64,000 nucleotides of DNA from Negativicutes bacterium (GTDB taxonomy: Bacteria > Bacillota > Negativicutes > JALHDB01), in the NCBI GenBank assembly GCA_022840825.1, contig JALHDB010000001.1:54059-118058 (forward strand), given 5' to 3'. The notes beneath the pieces are model-generated. The model was not told the DNA's origin. It saw only the letters and a program-made list of their open reading frames with translations, and did not search any database. The first letter of the stretch is position 1. Every line of letters starts with the position of its first letter. This document shows, piece by piece, positions 58,476 through 64,000 of this stretch. The position numbers were made by a program, and so were the translations under genes.

Positions 58476-59585
58476 GTGCAAAAAATTTCAGTTGCATATT
58501 TAAAGCCAGGCATGGTCGTTGGAAGAAATATTTATAATTTAGAAGGTAGTCTTCTATTGGCGGCAGGGATTGAATTAAACTTTCAATATATCGAAAAACT
58601 AAAAAAGCAGCAAATTGGCTCGGTTTATGTGACAAATCATTTATTAGGTGATGTTGAAATACCGGAAGTGATTCGTGAAGAGACTAGGGTTCAGGCTGTT
58701 CAAGCTGTCCAAAAGTCATATAAAGAGTTTTCAGTAAAACGTAAATTAAATATAATTGAGCTCCGGTCAACTGCAGACCAAATATTAGATGAGATAATTG
58801 GGAACCGTGGTGTAATGATCCAGTTGACGGATATTCGTACCTATGACAGCTATACCTTTTCACATTCGGTGCAAGTATGCGTTTTATCTGTATTAATTGC
58901 TATTTCGATGGGTTATCCTGAGCAACGCTTAAGGGAACTGGCAATAGGAGCATTGGTTCATGATATTGGTAAGACGGCAATCCCGCTTGATATATTAAAT
59001 AAGCCGGCTAGATTATCTGATGGCGAAATGGATATTGTCAGAGAGCATACTAAAATTGGCTTTGATTTATTAAGAAATCAAGGCTATTTATCCGCGAAGT
59101 CAATTTATATTGCCCTAAGTCATCATGAAAGGTTTGATGGGTCAGGATATCCACGCGGTATAAGCGGCAAAGAAATCCACGAATACGCTCGGGTCGTTGC
59201 TATTGCCGATGTTTTTGATGCAATTACAGCCGATCGCCCTTATCAGAAAGCTAAATTGCCGGATGAGGCTTATGAAATTTTGATGTCCGGGTCAGGAACA
59301 CAATTTGATACTGACATATTAAGGATATTCTTTAAACATATATCTATTTATCCGATTGGCAGTATGGTTGAATTAAATACCGGAGAATGGGCATTAGTTA
59401 CACATGTATACTCGGGTATTCCTTTCCGTCCATGCGTAAAGATTTTGGCCGATAAAGATGGCAACAGACCGTCTCAATCTAGGGAAGTCGATTTAACTGA
59501 ACAATTAACACTGACGATTGTAAGGGTATTACGGGAAGAGGAATATGTTGCGAGGTTTAAAGATATGTATGGTTTAAAAAGCTAA
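58476..59585 (+). CDS. HD-GYP domain c-di-GMP phosphodiesterase-like protein
   Basis: VHDIGK and HHERFDGSGYP motifs. Confidence 0.88.
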   Translation: MQKISVAYLKPGMVVGRNIYNLEGSLLLAAGIELNFQYIEKLKKQQIGSVYVTNHLLGDVEIPEVIREETRVQAVQAVQKSYKEFSVKRKLNIIELRSTADQILDEIIGNRGVMIQLTDIRTYDSYTFSHSVQVCVLSVLIAISMGYPEQRLRELAIGALVHDIGKTAIPLDILNKPARLSDGEMDIVREHTKIGFDLLRNQGYLSAKSIYIALSHHERFDGSGYPRGISGKEIHEYARVVAIADVFDAITADRPYQKAKLPDEAYEILMSGSGTQFDTDILRIFFKHISIYPIGSMVELNTGEWALVTHVYSGIPFRPCVKILADKDGNRPSQSREVDLTEQLTLTIVRVLREEEYVARFKDMYGLKS

Positions 59586-59620
59586 TCAAGCCATTTGTTT
59601 CTCAAGGAAGGGGTGGTAAA

Positions 59621-60655
59621 ATGCAATGGCTGATAAAGGAACATAGTATGTTTCCATTACTTTTTATTTCTGGTGCCCTGATAATAGGATTTATTTTAAA
59701 TAAAATACTGTTTAGTAAACTAAGAGCTCACGCTGATCAAATGCCGGGAACGATGTATCAAAATTTAGTTAAGTCATTTAAGGGAATGCCAATAATTTGG
59801 TCGTTGATGATTGGTATCTACGGAGCTATTTATACTATTCCTATGAATGAAAATCAATTGGTGGCGTTAGAAAAAAGCCTGTTAATATTAATATTGCTGT
59901 CAGCTACAATCGTCTCAGCAAGGATAGTAGTTAGTTTAGTCGGTTCATATGCGAAAAAGGCCGAAGGTGTCTTTCCTACTACTTCGATTTTTGTCAATTT
60001 AGCCGAGTTATTGACTTATCTAATTGGCTCTTTAATTATCCTGCAGTCTATCGGAATATCGATAACGCCTATTTTAACTGCGTTAGGAGTTGGTGGCTTA
60101 GCAGTTGCACTAGCTTTGCAAGATACGCTTTCTAATTTATTCTCAGGATTGCATATTATTGTGGCCAAGCCGGTAAAGCCTGGTGATTATGTGAAACTTA
60201 GTTCCGGCGAAGAAGGCTATGTACGCGATATTACTTGGCGTTATACAACTATTGAATCACTATTAAGCCATATGACTATCGTTCCCAACGCCAAAATTGC
60301 TTCTGCAAATATTACTAACTATTCTTTACCTAATAAAGAAGTTTATCTGTCAGTACAGATCGGTGTTAGTTATGATAGCGATTTAGAACATGTTGAACGG
60401 ATCAGCAAAGAAATTACCCGCCAAGTAATGAAAGAAGTGGAAGGCGGAATAGCTGATTTTGAGCCGGTCGTTCGTTTTCATACTTTTGCTGATTCTAGTA
60501 TTAATTTTAATTTGGGTTTTAGAGTAAAGGAATTTGCTAACCAATATGCGGTTAAGCATGAGTTGATAAAAAGGATCCATGCCGGTTATGCCCGTGAAGG
60601 GATTCAGATTCCTTTTCCGATACGAACGGTATACTGGAAAGAACAAAATCAATAA
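59621..60655 (+). CDS. MscS-family mechanosensitive channel
   Basis: TM3-like GVGGLAVALALQDTLSNLFSG followed by the beta domain PGDYV...G.V.DI.WRYT.I......IVPN. Confidence 0.88.
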   Translation: MQWLIKEHSMFPLLFISGALIIGFILNKILFSKLRAHADQMPGTMYQNLVKSFKGMPIIWSLMIGIYGAIYTIPMNENQLVALEKSLLILILLSATIVSARIVVSLVGSYAKKAEGVFPTTSIFVNLAELLTYLIGSLIILQSIGISITPILTALGVGGLAVALALQDTLSNLFSGLHIIVAKPVKPGDYVKLSSGEEGYVRDITWRYTTIESLLSHMTIVPNAKIASANITNYSLPNKEVYLSVQIGVSYDSDLEHVERISKEITRQVMKEVEGGIADFEPVVRFHTFADSSINFNLGFRVKEFANQYAVKHELIKRIHAGYAREGIQIPFPIRTVYWKEQNQ

Positions 60656-60658
60656 ACA

Positions 60659-60697
60659 AAAGTCCGGGAATTTGGATATTCCGGACTTTTGTTTATT
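60659..60697 (+). terminator. Rho-independent terminator
   Basis: AAAGTCCGG...CCGGACTTT plus T-rich tail. Confidence 0.8.
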
Positions 60698-60763
60698 ATA
60701 TAGTAATGGGAATATATTCTATTAATATGTCAAATACTAGAATTCGAATGGGGGGTGTTTGAC

Positions 60764-61438
60764 ATGTCTGTTACTATTCCAAAATTCAGCCGGTTGCCGC
60801 GGCATATTGGAATTATTCCGGATGGCAATCGGCGCTGGGCCCAGTTTCGCGGTTTACCGCGTGAAAATGGGTATGATTATGGCATTGAGCCGGGTTTCCA
60901 ACTTTATGAGTTATGCTTGGGGCTCGGAATAGAAGAAATGACATTCTATGGCTATACTAACGATAATACAAAACGACCTGTTGAGCAACGGATCGCTTTT
61001 CAACAGGCGTGTATTGACGCAGTAGAAAGTTTAAAAAACCGTGATGCATCGCTACTGGTTGTCGGAAATCATGAGTCTCCGCTGTTCCCGCCTGAGTTAA
61101 AAGAGTTTACTCAACGACGGGTTTTTGGTAAAGATCTAATGCGGATTAATTTTTTAGTTAATTATGACTGGCACTGGGACTTAAGTTATGGGTTGCAAGC
61201 CATGACTTCGGTAACTTCCCGCAGAAAGCTGCAAGAAAGTATTGCTTCAAAGGATGTTAGCCGCTTAGACTTAATCGTTCGCTGGGGTGGGAGAAGAAGA
61301 CTGAGCGGGTTGCTGCCAATTCAGTCGGTGTATGCTGATATGTATGTTTTAGATGCACTTTGGCCGGATTTTTTGCCGCAGCATTTGTTTGAGGCGTTGC
61401 ATTGGTATGAACAGCAAGATATTACCTTAGGGGGCTGA
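60764..61438 (+). CDS. cis-Prenyltransferase (undecaprenyl-diphosphate-synthase family) paralogue
   Basis: HIGIIPDGNRRWA substrate-binding motif, DL.IRWGG..RLSG near the C-terminus; start at ATG 60764. Confidence 0.75.
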   Translation: MSVTIPKFSRLPRHIGIIPDGNRRWAQFRGLPRENGYDYGIEPGFQLYELCLGLGIEEMTFYGYTNDNTKRPVEQRIAFQQACIDAVESLKNRDASLLVVGNHESPLFPPELKEFTQRRVFGKDLMRINFLVNYDWHWDLSYGLQAMTSVTSRRKLQESIASKDVSRLDLIVRWGGRRRLSGLLPIQSVYADMYVLDALWPDFLPQHLFEALHWYEQQDITLGG

Positions 61439-61444
61439 TTGTTG

Positions 61445-62395
61445 TCAAAACATCTTGCGTTTCCATAAAATTAATGTGCTGGCAACTGTTATAAACACTG
61501 AAATAATAAAAACATAGACGAATCCAAAGGGATTGTGACTAAACGGGACAGCCACATTCATGCCCCAAAAGCTGGATATCATTGTTGGTACGGCCAGGAT
61601 AATTGTCATGGAAGCCAAAAATTTCATAACTCTATTTAGGTTATTAGAGATAATTGAAGCAAAGACATCCATCATTCCGTTGAGGATGTGACTGTACATT
61701 TGCACCATGTCGATAGCCTGTTTGTATTCAATCAGAACATCTTCCAGCAGATCTTCGTCTTCTTCGTACATCGTAATTAAATGTTGCAATTGACTGTTTG
61801 ACCGCAAGCGCAGCAGTTTTTCCGTTACGATATAATTAGAACGCAATGATGCCGAGAAATAAGTAAGCCCTTTTTCCAGTTCGAGAAGCTGGAATAATTC
61901 GCGGTTCTCCATCGATTTGCGCAGATACCGTTCAATTTCATCTGTTTGGCGGTTGATATTTTTAATATATTTTAAGAAAAATACTGCTGAACGGTATAAT
62001 ATTTGGAAGAGAAAGCGGGTCTTTTTGAACGTGCAAAATAATCTGCTATTGCCTGTGTAGAACTCGGCCAGAATTGGATTTACTTCTAAACATACTGTTA
62101 TTACATAATCAGTTGTAATTATAATGCCTAGCGGAAGGGTATCATAATTATTTTTGCTTCTAAGAATTGGAATGTCGATTAATATTAAAATATGATCGGT
62201 TTCAATTTCTATACGGGAACGTTCTTCGTCATCCAGTGCTGCTGACAAGAAATCAAGAGGGGCTTGTGTTATTTCCGAAATCTTCTGCAGTTCGGCCATA
62301 GATGGATTTACTAATTCAATCCATGAACCTTTTTCTAATGTAGCGAGCGAAAGCTCTACCATGCTTTCCGGCATACTTTTGTATATATGAAGCAT
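61445..62395 (-). CDS. corA: CorA magnesium/cobalt transporter
   Basis: GMN signature in FWGMNVAVPF followed by the final TM helix. Confidence 0.9.
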   Translation of the reverse strand: MLHIYKSMPESMVELSLATLEKGSWIELVNPSMAELQKISEITQAPLDFLSAALDDEERSRIEIETDHILILIDIPILRSKNNYDTLPLGIIITTDYVITVCLEVNPILAEFYTGNSRLFCTFKKTRFLFQILYRSAVFFLKYIKNINRQTDEIERYLRKSMENRELFQLLELEKGLTYFSASLRSNYIVTEKLLRLRSNSQLQHLITMYEEDEDLLEDVLIEYKQAIDMVQMYSHILNGMMDVFASIISNNLNRVMKFLASMTIILAVPTMISSFWGMNVAVPFSHNPFGFVYVFIISVFITVASTLILWKRKMF

Positions 62396-62494
62396 TAGGT
62401 TCCCCTCCTTGTTCTCATTGTATTATATCTATTCTAAAAACAAAATATTATCATTTAAAATAGACTCCTCCACTGTGAGGAGTCTATTTTAAAA

Positions 62495-62746
62495 CTAAGT
62501 ATTTGCCGAAATTGTTTTCTCTAAAGCACAGGCCAATTGATCAGGACAGGAAGTTCCTTTATTACTGCAATTAATTCCTTTTAACCGTTTAATTACATCC
62601 TGAACGGACATTCCCTCTACCAACTTGCTGATTGCTTCTAAATTACCGGGGCAGCCCGCCGTGAATTGTACCCTTTTTACAGTATTATTCTCAACTTCAA
62701 ATGAAATTTGTTTGGAACAGACACCTAGAGGTATAAATGAGACCAT
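62495..62746 (-). CDS. TSCPD-domain small protein (TIGR03905-like)
   Basis: 83 aa, GCPGN and GTSCPDQLA motifs. Confidence 0.8.
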   Translation of the reverse strand: MVSFIPLGVCSKQISFEVENNTVKRVQFTAGCPGNLEAISKLVEGMSVQDVIKRLKGINCSNKGTSCPDQLACALEKTISANT

Positions 62747-62872
62747 TATGGTATCTCCTTTCGTACTTGAATTATTAATTTCGACAGGTTAGTCAGAAAA
62801 TCCCTGCTTGCTGTACACATTTTTTAAAATGTCCGTGGTAAAAATATAAGAAAATTAGAGGCTGGTGAAAAT

Positions 62873-63532
62873 ATGCAATTTGTGGGAAGTTTAGCGGGTA
62901 TAATTATGGTTGATATTTTATTAAGCGGTGATAATGCCTTAGTAATTGCCCTGGCTTGCCGGCAGCTAGCAGAACGCCAAAAAAAAAGAGCCATTTTTTG
63001 GGGAATTGTTGGGGCTATATTATTGCGGATCGGTCTGTCTTTTATAATTTATTATCTGCTCAAAATTCCCTATTTGCAGCTGGTAGGAGGGTTGATTCTA
63101 TTGTGGATAGCGTATCGTTTGGCCCGCATGAAAAATCAAGGCCGAACAAATATTAAAGCGGCGCACGGATCGCTGGAAGCGATTAAAACAATAGTACTTG
63201 CGGATTTGGTTATGAGTTTAGATAATGTAATCGCTTTGGCTGGTATCGCCAGAGGTAATATTATATTGCTGGCGTTAGGACTTGGCATTAGTATTCCGGT
63301 TATAGTCTGGGGCAGCCAAGCAATTATGTGGATGATGAAGAAATGGCCGATCATAATTACGGTGGGAGCAGCCTTTTTGGGGTATACCGCCGGAGAGATG
63401 ATTGTAACAGACCCGAAAGTGGCTGCCATTTTTCACCGAAGTCCGGCATTGTCATCGATAGTTCCGTTTGCGCTCGGATTGGCGGTAGTTGCCGGTAATT
63501 TTGGGTCGCAGCAAAGAATCGACCCAAATTGA
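62873..63532 (+). CDS. TerC/YjbE-family integral membrane protein
   Basis: Duplicated SGDNALVIA / SLDNVIALA motifs in TM context. Confidence 0.85.
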   Translation: MQFVGSLAGIIMVDILLSGDNALVIALACRQLAERQKKRAIFWGIVGAILLRIGLSFIIYYLLKIPYLQLVGGLILLWIAYRLARMKNQGRTNIKAAHGSLEAIKTIVLADLVMSLDNVIALAGIARGNIILLALGLGISIPVIVWGSQAIMWMMKKWPIIITVGAAFLGYTAGEMIVTDPKVAAIFHRSPALSSIVPFALGLAVVAGNFGSQQRIDPN

Positions 63533-63541
63533 ATAAGGGCT

Positions 63542-64000
63542 TTAATCGCCGAACGACAAAGACTGCTTAGGACAAATATTAATACATCGGCTGCATTTTA
63601 TACAATCAGACGAGTAAAATCCATCAGGTGAACCTTTGGCAGTATAGGGCTTTAAATCAGATGGGCAAACCTTTGCACACTTTTTGCAGCCAACACAAGA
63701 AGGTGCAACTATAATTTTAGATGCTTTAGGGCTCAGCCAGCTTGCCATTGAGCCCATCGGGCAAAAAGAGCACCAAGTACGTTGATGATAAATTAAGCCT
63801 AGAATTACACCAATCAATGTAGTGATAATAATAAGACGTACAAAAACCATACCAACTGCTGCTAAACTTCCCCAGGCATAATAAAGCTGAACAGCAAAAG
63901 CGAGCATAATTAAAGCTAATATTAGGACTCGAAACTTGGTGCTGCGCAAAAAAAGCGGAATTGGTTTTTGCGGCGAAAACTTGGCCAGGACCGTGTCATA
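63542..64000 (-). CDS. Membrane-anchored 4Fe-4S ferredoxin-domain protein (5' end beyond the window)
   Basis: CVGCKKCAKVCP and CIKCSRCINICP motifs; the open frame continues to the window edge without a stop. Confidence 0.7.
   Translation of the reverse strand, partial: YDTVLAKFSPQKPIPLFLRSTKFRVLILALIMLAFAVQLYYAWGSLAAVGMVFVRLIIITTLIGVILGLIYHQRTWCSFCPMGSMASWLSPKASKIIVAPSCVGCKKCAKVCPSDLKPYTAKGSPDGFYSSDCIKCSRCINICPKQSLSFGD

Noticed and set aside
62747-62872. yybP-ykoY (manganese) riboswitch upstream of the TerC-family gene
   Set aside because: One might be expected from known associations, but I could not see the conserved four-way-junction sequence blocks in this 126-nt leader. It is left uncalled.

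Overview
Chromosomal window from a low-G+C, endospore-forming Firmicute. The order minCDE-rodA-spoIVFA/FB ... rplU-prp-rpmA-spo0B-like-obg mirrors Bacillus. A HlyD-type adaptor pump hints at a diderm Negativicute, but that is not proven. Positions 1-22260 are housekeeping genes: cell division and shape, sigma-K processing, a radical-SAM/DUF2344/RNase G trio, the L21-Prp-L27 operon, obg, proB, a MacAB-like pump, nadD-yqeK-rsfS and AlaX. Positions 40400-64000 carry signalling (PAS kinase, PAS-GGDEF-HD-GYP, HD-GYP, Spo0E-like), a sulfonate-type ABC importer, hydF, and two tandem secreted repeat proteins. They also carry a LysM YneA-like gene with LexA-box-like sites, mscS, corA and terC. The accessory part is an island of about 18 kb (22292-40350) inserted in the 3' end of tRNA-Ala(GGC) and bounded by a 51-bp direct repeat. 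It holds a twice-frameshifted tyrosine integrase, a cI/cro-like switch and a replication module (organiser, G39P-like loader, SSB), but no virion genes. Its cargo is an amidase-DUF1659-DUF2922-YvrJ cluster, an RloC/PrrC-like anticodon-nuclease candidate and a type III R-M (mod/res). A coupled small ORF plus multi-TM protein and two orphan genes complete the cargo. The most unusual signal is a G+C-rich, hairpin-dense non-coding element of about 190 nt. It occurs as two inverted copies bracketing the amidase-to-RloC block, and a third truncated piece lies beyond the R-M module. I could not assign it to any RNA or mobile-element family from memory. All coordinates, alignments and motif calls were made by eye. 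No searches or folding programs were run.
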